Assembly (NCBI GenBank): GCA_001784055.1
Contig: MFOZ01000019.1
Span: forward strand, 18,593-82,592
Origin: Candidatus Levybacteria bacterium RIFCSPLOWO2_01_FULL_42_15
GTDB taxonomy: Bacteria; Patescibacteriota; Microgenomatia; Levybacterales; UBA12049
Direction of reading: 5' to 3'
Length of the DNA: 64,000 bases
Shown: one piece after another, positions 18,847 through 26,999 of the stretch
Layout: the number at the start of each line of letters is the position of its first letter
Position numbering within the stretch: the first letter of the stretch is position 1
Notes under the pieces: generated by a model
What the model was told of the DNA's origin: nothing
The model's database searches: none
Seen by the model: the letters and a program-made list of their open reading frames with translations, nothing else
Program-made: the position numbers and the translations under genes

Positions 18847-21300
18847 ATGCTTAATATAAAACAAGGTATAAAAAATCATAAAATTATTATTGCAATGGCG
18901 CTCGTTCTCTTTTCTATCCCTTTCTTTTGGCTAAAGCCGGGAGAAATAGATATGGGAGGAGACGGGGGAAGTCTGTATTTTTATGATCCTATTAATTTCA
19001 TAAAGCACTCTGCCATATTCGAAAGTCTTCCATTTGGGACAGGAGTAATAGATACGCAATTTTATTACTTGCCTTTCGTAACTCTCATCACGCTTCTAAA
19101 AATTTTTTTGTCATCGCATCTTTTAAGCATTCTGCATAATAGTACGAAGTTGGTTGTTGGTTTTCTTTCCATATATGGCATTATGAAAGTGTTGCTTTCT
19201 TTCTCAAGGGAGAAAAATGCTCTTTTACGAGAAAAATTTAAAAAAATAGAAATCGTTAGCATTCTTACAGGTATTTTTTATATATTTTTACCGGTACTTA
19301 CGATGGATGATAGGTATGTTAATCCTCTGTCAATCCATGACCAGGTATTTTTAAATCCTCTTATATTTTATCTGATGTTAAAGTTTATTCTTACAGAAAA
19401 ATGGAAATATCTCGTAATTGCATTAGGGGTTAGTCTGATTCTTTCTCATAATTTTTATATTGCCTCTCCATCTCTTTATGCATTTTATCCTTTCGCGTTT
19501 TTATTTCTCGTTCTTTATGTCAGAATTATATTAAAAAGAACATTACCAATAAAAAGGATAATAGTAGGGGTAGTTTTCTTTATTTTTCTGCATTTTTTTC
19601 ATTTGTGGCCTGAGATAGCAAACTTATTTAATTCGGGGTCCAACATCAATGTTCGAATATTTAGCAAAGAAGCATACAAACAACAGACGCAGTATTTCTA
19701 CGGCGTTATTCATATTGCAAGTCTTGCAAAAAGCATACTTTTGCCTTCAATTTCAGGAGGCGCGTGGTTGATTTTTGTCTTCATTAGTCCCCTTATTATC
19801 TTATTAGGTTTTTTGAAGAACAGGTTTAGGTCAAGACTATTTTTGCTTACAGGATTATTTTTCTTAATTACGCTTTTTCTTATTTCGGCAAAAATTTCTT
19901 ACACGAGTATAAAACTGTACGAAATGTTTTTTTTATATATACCGGGATTTGGTATGTTTCGGAATTTTTATATCCAATGGATATATGTATTTGCATTTTT
20001 TTACACGCTTATGTTCGGACAAGCGCTTTATTTAATTTACTCCTCACTTGATAATAAAAAAGTTAATCTTATTTCTCTAATGTTGGCGATCTATCTTATT
20101 GGTAGCGCTTGGCTATTTATAAACGGTCATCAATTTAATCCTCCTTATGTTGATTCAGATAATGTGAGAAGACATCTCGTTATGGATCCCGAATATGAAA
20201 AGATGCTTGAGTTTATCCGAAATGTACCATATGATGGTAAATTACTTCAATTTCCCTTTAATGATTTTAATCATCAGGTTGTTCATGGAATAGGTGATGG
20301 TGCGTATATTGGCGCCACATCAATAGGACAACTTACGGGAGTTAAGGATTTTTCAGGTTATTGGCATACGGCTCCATATAGCCAGGCATTTCTTGAGTCA
20401 AGTAAAAAAAAGGATTACGAAACATTAATAAAAATCCTTGGGCTTTTAAATATCCGTTATATTTTTTATAATTCTGATCCAAGAGTTTACGATACTACTT
20501 TCACCGGCCGACCGTTTACTTACGTAAGGCAATTTCTTCCTTCGACTCAAAAGGATTATAAGGAGTTTATAAAACCATTGGTAGGGGAGAAACTGTTTGA
20601 AGCTGGTTCTTATAGTCTCTATTTAACAAAAAAAGAATCATATATTCCTCAGATGTATATTCCTAAAGTATCAATGGCTTACAAACACAATCCAAAGTAC
20701 GATAGGTATTATGAAGGAGCATCTTCCTTTATTTTAAATAATAAACAAGATGAGAAAAGAGTGGCTTATATAGAAAAGAACGATTGTAGCGGTAAGCCTT
20801 TCCTGCAAACCTTTTGTGAAAGAAATGTTTTCTATGAGGGAGCGATGCCAAAAATATATTTTAAAAAAATTAATCCAACAAAATATAAAGTTACAATTTC
20901 AGATATACAAAATCCATTCCTTTTAGTTTTTTCAGATACTTTTAATCGCAATTGGAAACTTTTTATTGGCAAAAACAATCCCTTAGAAGAATCCAACGCA
21001 AAAATATATTTCAATGGTGAGATTAGAGAGGAAAAGTCTGAGAATATTTTTATTGATAAAAAAACTTTTGAAACAATCGGATTGAAAAATATACCTGAAG
21101 AACAACATTTTTCCGTGAACGGTTTTGCAAATGCTTGGTATGTACATCCAAAAGATATTGATATGCAACGAGAGGCGACCTTTATAGTAGAGATGATTGA
21201 TCAGCGGTCATTTTATTCTGCGCTTCTGTTATCCTTGATTGCACTTTGTGGGTTTTTTATTTGGGGAATTGTCCTTCTTCTAAGAAAACTTTTAATTTAG
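18847..21300 (+). CDS. Large polytopic membrane protein (GT-C/YfhO-like architecture)
   Basis: GGD in first loop, many TM helices, PGFGMFRN, LNIRYI, FSDTFNRNW and VNGFANAW near the C-terminal TM. Confidence 0.6.
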   Translation: MLNIKQGIKNHKIIIAMALVLFSIPFFWLKPGEIDMGGDGGSLYFYDPINFIKHSAIFESLPFGTGVIDTQFYYLPFVTLITLLKIFLSSHLLSILHNSTKLVVGFLSIYGIMKVLLSFSREKNALLREKFKKIEIVSILTGIFYIFLPVLTMDDRYVNPLSIHDQVFLNPLIFYLMLKFILTEKWKYLVIALGVSLILSHNFYIASPSLYAFYPFAFLFLVLYVRIILKRTLPIKRIIVGVVFFIFLHFFHLWPEIANLFNSGSNINVRIFSKEAYKQQTQYFYGVIHIASLAKSILLPSISGGAWLIFVFISPLIILLGFLKNRFRSRLFLLTGLFFLITLFLISAKISYTSIKLYEMFFLYIPGFGMFRNFYIQWIYVFAFFYTLMFGQALYLIYSSLDNKKVNLISLMLAIYLIGSAWLFINGHQFNPPYVDSDNVRRHLVMDPEYEKMLEFIRNVPYDGKLLQFPFNDFNHQVVHGIGDGAYIGATSIGQLTGVKDFSGYWHTAPYSQAFLESSKKKDYETLIKILGLLNIRYIFYNSDPRVYDTTFTGRPFTYVRQFLPSTQKDYKEFIKPLVGEKLFEAGSYSLYLTKKESYIPQMYIPKVSMAYKHNPKYDRYYEGASSFILNNKQDEKRVAYIEKNDCSGKPFLQTFCERNVFYEGAMPKIYFKKINPTKYKVTISDIQNPFLLVFSDTFNRNWKLFIGKNNPLEESNAKIYFNGEIREEKSENIFIDKKTFETIGLKNIPEEQHFSVNGFANAWYVHPKDIDMQREATFIVEMIDQRSFYSALLLSLIALCGFFIWGIVLLLRKLLI

Positions 21301-21400
21301 ATTGACATCGTTTAAAAACTTTCTCTACGCTTGAGCGAATCATTCATTAGGTATGACTTCTCTTTCCTTATTAATGAATATAGTATATATGTAAATATTT

Positions 21401-21568
21401 ATGTCCGAAAAAATACCTTCAAGTAAAGTGTTTGCTTGGAAGAAAATTTTAGTCATGGGTGGCAGTGGGTTTGTTAGTAAGCATGTAGTAAGAAAATTAA
21501 AAGGAAGAGGCGTGAAGGAAAAAATCTATTGCAAGTTGATAGAAAAAAGGTATAATTGCAATAGTTAA
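21401..21568 (+). pseudogene. Truncated remnant of an NDP-sugar epimerase/reductase (GDP-fucose synthase-like N-terminus)
   Basis: 55-codon ORF MSEKIP...KKILVMGGSGFVSKHVVRKLKGRG: Rossmann beta1-alpha1 only, then stop. Confidence 0.65.
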
Positions 21569-21569
21569 T

Positions 21570-21941
21570 ATGGTAAAGATTGAAAATAAATTTGATGTGA
21601 TAAGTGTAAATAAAAGATTTCAAATCGCACTCCTATTGCTTTTTTTTGCCGGATTTATTTATGATGTGTTTTTCATAGTTCCTGCTTTTACCTTAGTATC
21701 GGATATACGGTTATTTTCGCTTTTATTGCTCTGGATTTTTCTTAGTAAAATATCGGGTTTTAACAGTATGGCAACACTGAAGGTGCTCGTGGGTTTCCTC
21801 TTGGTGATGTTCTTCCTCTTTATTTCTTCTCAAACAAATCCTGTTGTAGAAAGAGTAGGATCGTGGGTTTATATGTTTTTACTAATGGCAATTATTCAAC
21901 AGCTTTCTGAATCAAGAAAACGAGTCTCTCGACAAAAGTAA
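21570..21941 (+). CDS. Small membrane protein (about 4 TM), unknown function
   Basis: Hydrophobic 123-aa ORF with TATAAT at 21551-21556 upstream. Confidence 0.6.
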   Translation: MVKIENKFDVISVNKRFQIALLLLFFAGFIYDVFFIVPAFTLVSDIRLFSLLLLWIFLSKISGFNSMATLKVLVGFLLVMFFLFISSQTNPVVERVGSWVYMFLLMAIIQQLSESRKRVSRQK

Positions 21942-22006
21942 CATGGTTTTATCTTCTGAAAATGTAACTGCGAAATGGCACAATTCTAGAGCTATATAGC
22001 CTATAT

Positions 22007-22933
22007 ATGATAAGTGTTGTTATTTCAGTTTACAACGAGGCAGAAAGCTTACATATCTTTTATGAACATCTTATACAAATAATAAAAATCTTAGATGAGC
22101 CATATGAAATTATCTTTATTGATGATGGATCAACCGATGGATCGTTTGAACTACTAAAGCAAATAGCGCAGAAGGATCGCCATGTGAGATTTTTTTCATT
22201 TAGAAAAAATCAAGGGAAGGCAGAAGCTTTAACGTTGGGTTTTCAAAAAGCAAGGGGTGACTATATTGTCACTCTTGATGCGGATTTGCAGGATAAGCCT
22301 TCCGAAATTCCAAGGCTTTTAGAAAAGGTGGAAGAGGGATGGGATGTGGTGTGCGGGTGGAGGAAAAATCGTAGGGACTCTTTTTCTAAAGTTATTTCTT
22401 CAAAAATTTTTAATAAGATCGCCTCGTTTTTCTGGCAATTACAGCTTCATGATTATAACTGCGGCTTAAAAGCATACGCCAAAGATGCGGCAAAAAGTTT
22501 GCATCTATATGGGGGGATGCATCGATTCATTCCGCTTCTTGCATTCCAGAATGGTTTTCGTGTATGCGAAATTCCTGTAGTTCACCAAAAGAGAAGATAT
22601 GGGAAGTCGAAGTATGGATTTTCAAAAATTTTCAAAGATATTCCAGACATATTTACCATGCTTTTTTTAGTACGCTATAGTAGTAGACCGCTTCATTTTT
22701 TTGGAATGATTGGAGGAATTCTGCTCTTTATCGGATTTTCTATTTTAGGTTATCTTAGTATAATTTGGTTTCAGGGTGAGTCAATAGGAAGAAGACCCCT
22801 CTTGTTTTTGGGCATGCTTCTTGTCTTAGGCGGGTTTCAAGTTTTTTTTACAGGGTTTTTAGCAGATCTTATGATTAGCTTATTTAATAAAGGTAAACAG
22901 GAATTTCCCTTAAAATACTCAAACGGTGAGTAG
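22007..22933 (+). CDS. GT2 polyprenol-phosphate glycosyltransferase (ArnC/GtrB/DPM-like)
   Basis: IDDGSTD, NQGK, TLDADLQD, DYNCG, two C-terminal TM. Confidence 0.88.
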   Translation: MISVVISVYNEAESLHIFYEHLIQIIKILDEPYEIIFIDDGSTDGSFELLKQIAQKDRHVRFFSFRKNQGKAEALTLGFQKARGDYIVTLDADLQDKPSEIPRLLEKVEEGWDVVCGWRKNRRDSFSKVISSKIFNKIASFFWQLQLHDYNCGLKAYAKDAAKSLHLYGGMHRFIPLLAFQNGFRVCEIPVVHQKRRYGKSKYGFSKIFKDIPDIFTMLFLVRYSSRPLHFFGMIGGILLFIGFSILGYLSIIWFQGESIGRRPLLFLGMLLVLGGFQVFFTGFLADLMISLFNKGKQEFPLKYSNGE

Positions 22934-23518
22934 AAAAATAATCCATGGAAAGGGAAGCCTTATGGTTTTAATTTCAGCGTTTTGTTTCTTGATAAACCGT
23001 TGAAAAGAAAAAATAGTCCAGTGATTGATGTGTTCCGGATCGTTCCCAAAGCTCCTCACGTTTTTCCCTCTAAGAAAATTAGCCAGCATAAAAAACGGTT
23101 CGTTGGGAACAGACAGAAGAATATATTGCTTGGATACTCGAAGCACTTCTTTTAGTGCTTGATGGGGGTTTTTGAGATGCTCTAGGACTTCCGTACAAAT
23201 GACTAAATCAAACGAGGAACTTTGGTAAGGGAGATCATAAATACTAGCATGTTGAAGAGTAAGATTAGGAAATGTCTTTTTTCCAATCGAAAGAGCATCT
23301 TTTGAATAGTCAATTCCCTCAAATGTGTTTCCGATCTTTTTTTCTGCAAATTTTGCAAGCGTGAATCCTTCTCCGCATCCCACGTCCAATAGAGATGAAA
23401 CATCTAGTGGCTGTGCAAGATTAAGCATTGTTTGATAAAAATTTTCTATCAAGAAATGCTGGACTGGGTTTTGACTCATGTGTTTAAGATAATTGTTGGT
23501 AAGTTGAGTTTTGCTCAT
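22919..23518 (-). CDS. Class I SAM-dependent methyltransferase
   Basis: LLDVGCGEG, SFDLVICTEVLEH. Confidence 0.85.
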   Translation of the reverse strand: MSKTQLTNNYLKHMSQNPVQHFLIENFYQTMLNLAQPLDVSSLLDVGCGEGFTLAKFAEKKIGNTFEGIDYSKDALSIGKKTFPNLTLQHASIYDLPYQSSSFDLVICTEVLEHLKNPHQALKEVLRVSKQYILLSVPNEPFFMLANFLRGKNVRSFGNDPEHINHWTIFSFQRFIKKQNAEIKTIRLPFPWIIFLLTV

Positions 23519-23558
23519 AGATTGGGTATGATCAGGATGTTTTCTATTATATACGAAA

Positions 23559-23780
23559 ATGAAGATTCAAGACATTGCCTTTTTTCTTGTTTTAGGAGTT
23601 CTTTTGTTTAAAAGGGACCCTAAATTTTTTGCGATTGCAGGTATCATAAGTCTTATTCTTGCGATTCCCCTTTTTTCTCTTTGGATATTTTTCACGGCTG
23701 AAAGACTTACGTGGTACGCTGCCGCTTTTTTTCTTGTTGCTATAATCTTTTATATACTTCAGCTTCAAAAAAGTAAATAG
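23559..23780 (+). CDS. Small membrane protein, unknown function
   Basis: 73-aa hydrophobic ORF abutting the next gene. Confidence 0.55.
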   Translation: MKIQDIAFFLVLGVLLFKRDPKFFAIAGIISLILAIPLFSLWIFFTAERLTWYAAAFFLVAIIFYILQLQKSK

Positions 23781-23781
23781 T

Positions 23782-24330
23782 ATGAAAATAGGAATTGATG
23801 TAAGCCAGCTGGTATATTCTAACACTGGAGTAGCAAACTACTTAGAGAACTTGGTTCAATGTTTGCTTAAGGTTGATAAGGAGAATGAGTACGTATTCTT
23901 CTTTTCCTCTTTAAGAAGAAAATTTCTAATTTCTAATTTCAAATTTTTAAATAAATCCCAATTTTTAAATCCCAAAATTAAGATAAATACATTTAAAATA
24001 CCGCCTGTTTTATTAGATTTCCTTTGGAATAGGTTGCATATTGTACCAATAGAGTGGTTTATTGGAGATGTTGATGTATTTATTTCCTCGGATTGGACGC
24101 AGCCACCTACTAAAAAAGCCAAAAAAGCGACGATTCTGTACGATCTTATTGTGCATAAATATCCCAATGAAACGGACAAAAAAATTGTAGATACGCAAAG
24201 AAGAAGACTTACGTGGGTGAAAAAAGAATGCGATGTGGTATTTTGTATATCGGAATCAACAAAAAAGGATGCGATGGAGATTCTGGGAATTGAGAAGAGA
24301 AAGCTAAAGGTTATTTATCCCGGGATTTAA
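23782..24330 (+). CDS. GT4 glycosyltransferase, N-terminal domain only
   Basis: MKIGID...TGVANY, ILYDL, ISESTKKD, ends at KVIYPGI-stop; no nucleotide-sugar-binding domain. Confidence 0.7.
   Translation: MKIGIDVSQLVYSNTGVANYLENLVQCLLKVDKENEYVFFFSSLRRKFLISNFKFLNKSQFLNPKIKINTFKIPPVLLDFLWNRLHIVPIEWFIGDVDVFISSDWTQPPTKKAKKATILYDLIVHKYPNETDKKIVDTQRRRLTWVKKECDVVFCISESTKKDAMEILGIEKRKLKVIYPGI
23921..23980 (+). repeat. Degenerate heptamer tract (AATTTCT/AATTTCA/AATTTTT/AAATCCC) inside CDS
   Basis: AATTTCT AATTTCT AATTTCA AATTTTT AAAT AAATCCC AATTTTT AAATCCC AAAATTA. Confidence 0.75.
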
Positions 24331-24335
24331 TAGAC

Positions 24336-24367
24336 CATTGTTTAATTAATACATTGTTAAATTACTG
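24336..24367 (+). repeat. Short intergenic 8-bp-period tract
   Basis: CATTGTTT AATTAATA CATTGTTA AATTACTG. Confidence 0.45.
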
Positions 24368-24381
24368 GGGGGGTAATAAAT

Positions 24382-25566
24382 ATGATAATAGGTATTGATG
24401 GGAATGAGGCGAACGTACAGAGACGAGTAGGTATTTCGGAGTACGGCTTCGAACTTCTTAAGAATTTCAAATTTCAAATTTCAAATTTCAAATTTCAAAT
24501 TTACCTTAAAAAGCCTCCCTTGCCTCATATGCCTAAGGAACGAGACGGATGGCGATATAGAATTGTTCGGCCAGAAAAGTTATGGACGCAGATAGGTCTA
24601 CCGATCGATTTGTTCTTTCATAAGCCTCGTCCGGATGTGTTTTTTAGCCCCACGCATTACGCTCCTCGTTTTTCTCCTGTTAACTGCGCAATTTCAATCA
24701 TGGACGTATCGTATTTGCGTTTTCCTTCTCTGTTTAATGCGTCGGATTTGTATCAGCTCAAGAACTGGACCGCTTATTCGGTAAAAAAAGCAGTGAAAAT
24801 CTTTACCATAAGTAAATCAAGTAAAAATGATATAATAAAAGCGTATGGTGTGTCTGAAGAAAAAGTAGTGGTGACATACCCGGGAGTAAAATTCAAAAAT
24901 ATGGTTCGACAAACTCACCATCCTGAGCAAAGTCGAAGGACAATGCAAAATTCAAAAGTACTAGAGAAATACGGAGTTGATAGGAATTATGTTCTTTTTG
25001 TTGGGACGCTGCAACCAAGGAAGAACATTGAACGGCTCATCGAAGCCTTCAGCCTTGTTTGTCATCCTGAACTTGTTTCAGGATCTCAATCAAAACGAGA
25101 TTCTGACCTTCGTCAGAATGACATCCAACTTATAATCGTTGGCAAGAAAGGATGGCTGTACGAGGACATCCTAGAGGCGCCCAAAAAATTTGGAGTAGAA
25201 AATAGCGTCAAGTTTCTGGAGTTTGTTCCAGAAGAGGATCTTTCGAGCCTCTATCAAAATGCTCTTTTTTTTATTCTTCCCAGTTTATACGAAGGGTTTG
25301 GGTTGCCGGTGCTTGAGGCAATGAGCTACGGGTGTCCTGTAATAACCAGTAATGTGAGTAGTCTTCCTGAAGTAGGGGGAGATGCGGTTCTGTACGTAGA
25401 TCCGTTAAGTACAAGTGATATCTGTGAAAAAATGAGGATGATATTTTTGGATGAAAAGCTTCGCGCCGAACTTCAAAAAAAGGGATACGAGCAGGTTAAA
25501 AAGTTCAACTGGGAAAAAACAGCAAAACAGACACTTGATATTTTAGAAAATCTCGCGCAAAAATAA
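24382..25566 (+). CDS. GT4 glycosyltransferase carrying three in-frame repeat insertions
   Basis: VGTLQPRKN, PSLYEGFGLPVLEAM, SSLPEV. Confidence 0.9.
   Translation: MIIGIDGNEANVQRRVGISEYGFELLKNFKFQISNFKFQIYLKKPPLPHMPKERDGWRYRIVRPEKLWTQIGLPIDLFFHKPRPDVFFSPTHYAPRFSPVNCAISIMDVSYLRFPSLFNASDLYQLKNWTAYSVKKAVKIFTISKSSKNDIIKAYGVSEEKVVVTYPGVKFKNMVRQTHHPEQSRRTMQNSKVLEKYGVDRNYVLFVGTLQPRKNIERLIEAFSLVCHPELVSGSQSKRDSDLRQNDIQLIIVGKKGWLYEDILEAPKKFGVENSVKFLEFVPEEDLSSLYQNALFFILPSLYEGFGLPVLEAMSYGCPVITSNVSSLPEVGGDAVLYVDPLSTSDICEKMRMIFLDEKLRAELQKKGYEQVKKFNWEKTAKQTLDILENLAQK
24463..24502 (+). repeat. Perfect heptamer tandem repeat (AATTTCA)5 + AATTT inside CDS
   Basis: Read directly; encodes NFKFQISNFKFQI. Confidence 0.95.
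24901..24940. repeat. REP-like palindromic element in frame in CDS
   Basis: ATGGTTCGACAAACTCACCATCCTGAGCAAAGTCGAAGGA: ATGGT/ACCAT, TTCGAC/GTCGAA, TCCT/AGGA inverted pairs. Confidence 0.7.
25060..25123. repeat. Double-hairpin REP-doublet-like element in frame in CDS
   Basis: Outer TGTCAT/ATGACA, stems ATCCTGAA/TTCAGGAT and ATTCTGAC/GTCAGAAT, inner ATCTC/GAGAT. Confidence 0.8.
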
Positions 25567-25569
25567 TCT

Positions 25570-26127
25570 ATGATACTGTTCAGAATAAAAAGAAGAATTA
25601 TGGCAATTCTTCTTGAGCTTGAAGTGATGTTTCTCCACGGAGTAGGCAATATTCCGTCTCATCATCTGCGAAGATTTTTTTATAGAGCCTGCGGTATAAA
25701 GATCGGTTGCGGGTCAACGATCCATACGGAGGCAAAATTCTACAACCCGTCAAATATACGGATAGGAGAAGATACAATCATAGGTGAAGGGGTTGTTCTT
25801 GATGGGAGAGAGAAACTATCTATTGGAAACCATGTCGCAATCGCCTCCGAAGTCATGATATATAATGCAGAGCATGATGTTCAAAGTGAAGATTTTCATG
25901 CAGTAATGGAGCCGGTTGTTATTGAGGATTATGTCTTTATTGGGCCGCGAGCGATTATTCTTCCGGGGGTTACGGTTAAAAAGGGAGCAATTATTGCGGC
26001 AGGAGCGGTGGTAACCAAAGATGTTGAGCCATTTGATATCGTTGCAGGCGTACCGGCAAAGCCAATCGGCAAACGCAATTTTAGCAATCCACAGTATCAA
26101 CTGGGAAGAGCTGCTTGGTTTCGATAA
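25570..26127 (+). CDS. Hexapeptide acyltransferase (maltose/galactoside O-acetyltransferase-like)
   Basis: [24 protein letters not shown]. Confidence 0.85.
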   Translation: MILFRIKRRIMAILLELEVMFLHGVGNIPSHHLRRFFYRACGIKIGCGSTIHTEAKFYNPSNIRIGEDTIIGEGVVLDGREKLSIGNHVAIASEVMIYNAEHDVQSEDFHAVMEPVVIEDYVFIGPRAIILPGVTVKKGAIIAAGAVVTKDVEPFDIVAGVPAKPIGKRNFSNPQYQLGRAAWFR

Positions 26128-26132
26128 AGCGC

Positions 26133-26999
26133 ATGGTAGACATATCAATTGTTATTGCAACTTTTAACACAAAAGACCTAACTCGTGCCTGTATTCATTC
26201 GATTATTTCTTCTTACCCAAAAGAATTCCGCGAAAAAAAGTTTGAAATCATTCTTGTTGATAACGCGTCAAGCGATGGGACGGCTGATGAGATTAAGGGT
26301 GAATTTGGGGATATAAACGTATTGCAAAACAAAACGAATGTCGGATTTGCAGCTGCGTGTAACCAAGGCGTAAAAGACGCAAAAGGAGCGTATTTTTTAT
26401 TCCTTAATTCCGACACAAGAACAACAAAGAAAAGCAACTTAAATGACTTAATTGATAAGATGAGAGAAAATACCACCATAGGGATAATTGGGGGTGCTCT
26501 TGTAAGTGAGGAAGGGTTAGTGCAGAAGTCTTATGGATCTTTTTATCATCTTTTGGAGCTCATTAAGGTCTTATTCACAGGGAAAAAGAAGGGGCGAGTT
26601 TTGTCTATAGAGTCTTTTGTCGATTGGGTGAGCGGGGGGTTTATGTTGACCAAAAAGAGCCTATTTCAAGCTCTTAACGGATTTGACGAGCATTTTTTTA
26701 TGTACTTGGAAGATATGGAGTTTTGCTACCGGGCTTCTCAAAAAGGACACAAGGTTTTATATGCTCCGTGGGCAAAAGTTTTTCATAAGGAACACGGAAG
26801 CTCAAGTAGATCGTTTGCCATTGGAGAAATTTATAAAGGCATTCTATACTTTTATAGAAAACATAAAAACGGATTTTTACTTATACTTGTAAAAGGGATG
26901 TTGTTATTAAAAGCTCTTGTTGCAATGGGAATTGGCGTTGTAAGCGGAAATAAATATCTTTTTTCTACATATAAAAACGTCCTTCGTTACGCATTATGA
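26133..26999 (+). CDS. GT2 glycosyltransferase (WbbL/rhamnosyltransferase-like)
   Basis: VDNASSDGT, NVGFAAACNQG, FLNSD, DWVSGG, GFDEHFFMYLED. Confidence 0.88.
   Translation: MVDISIVIATFNTKDLTRACIHSIISSYPKEFREKKFEIILVDNASSDGTADEIKGEFGDINVLQNKTNVGFAAACNQGVKDAKGAYFLFLNSDTRTTKKSNLNDLIDKMRENTTIGIIGGALVSEEGLVQKSYGSFYHLLELIKVLFTGKKKGRVLSIESFVDWVSGGFMLTKKSLFQALNGFDEHFFMYLEDMEFCYRASQKGHKVLYAPWAKVFHKEHGSSSRSFAIGEIYKGILYFYRKHKNGFLLILVKGMLLLKALVAMGIGVVSGNKYLFSTYKNVLRYAL

Noticed and set aside
24463-24502. Tandem repeat as a CRISPR array
   Set aside because: 7-bp units with no spacers and no cas genes in the window
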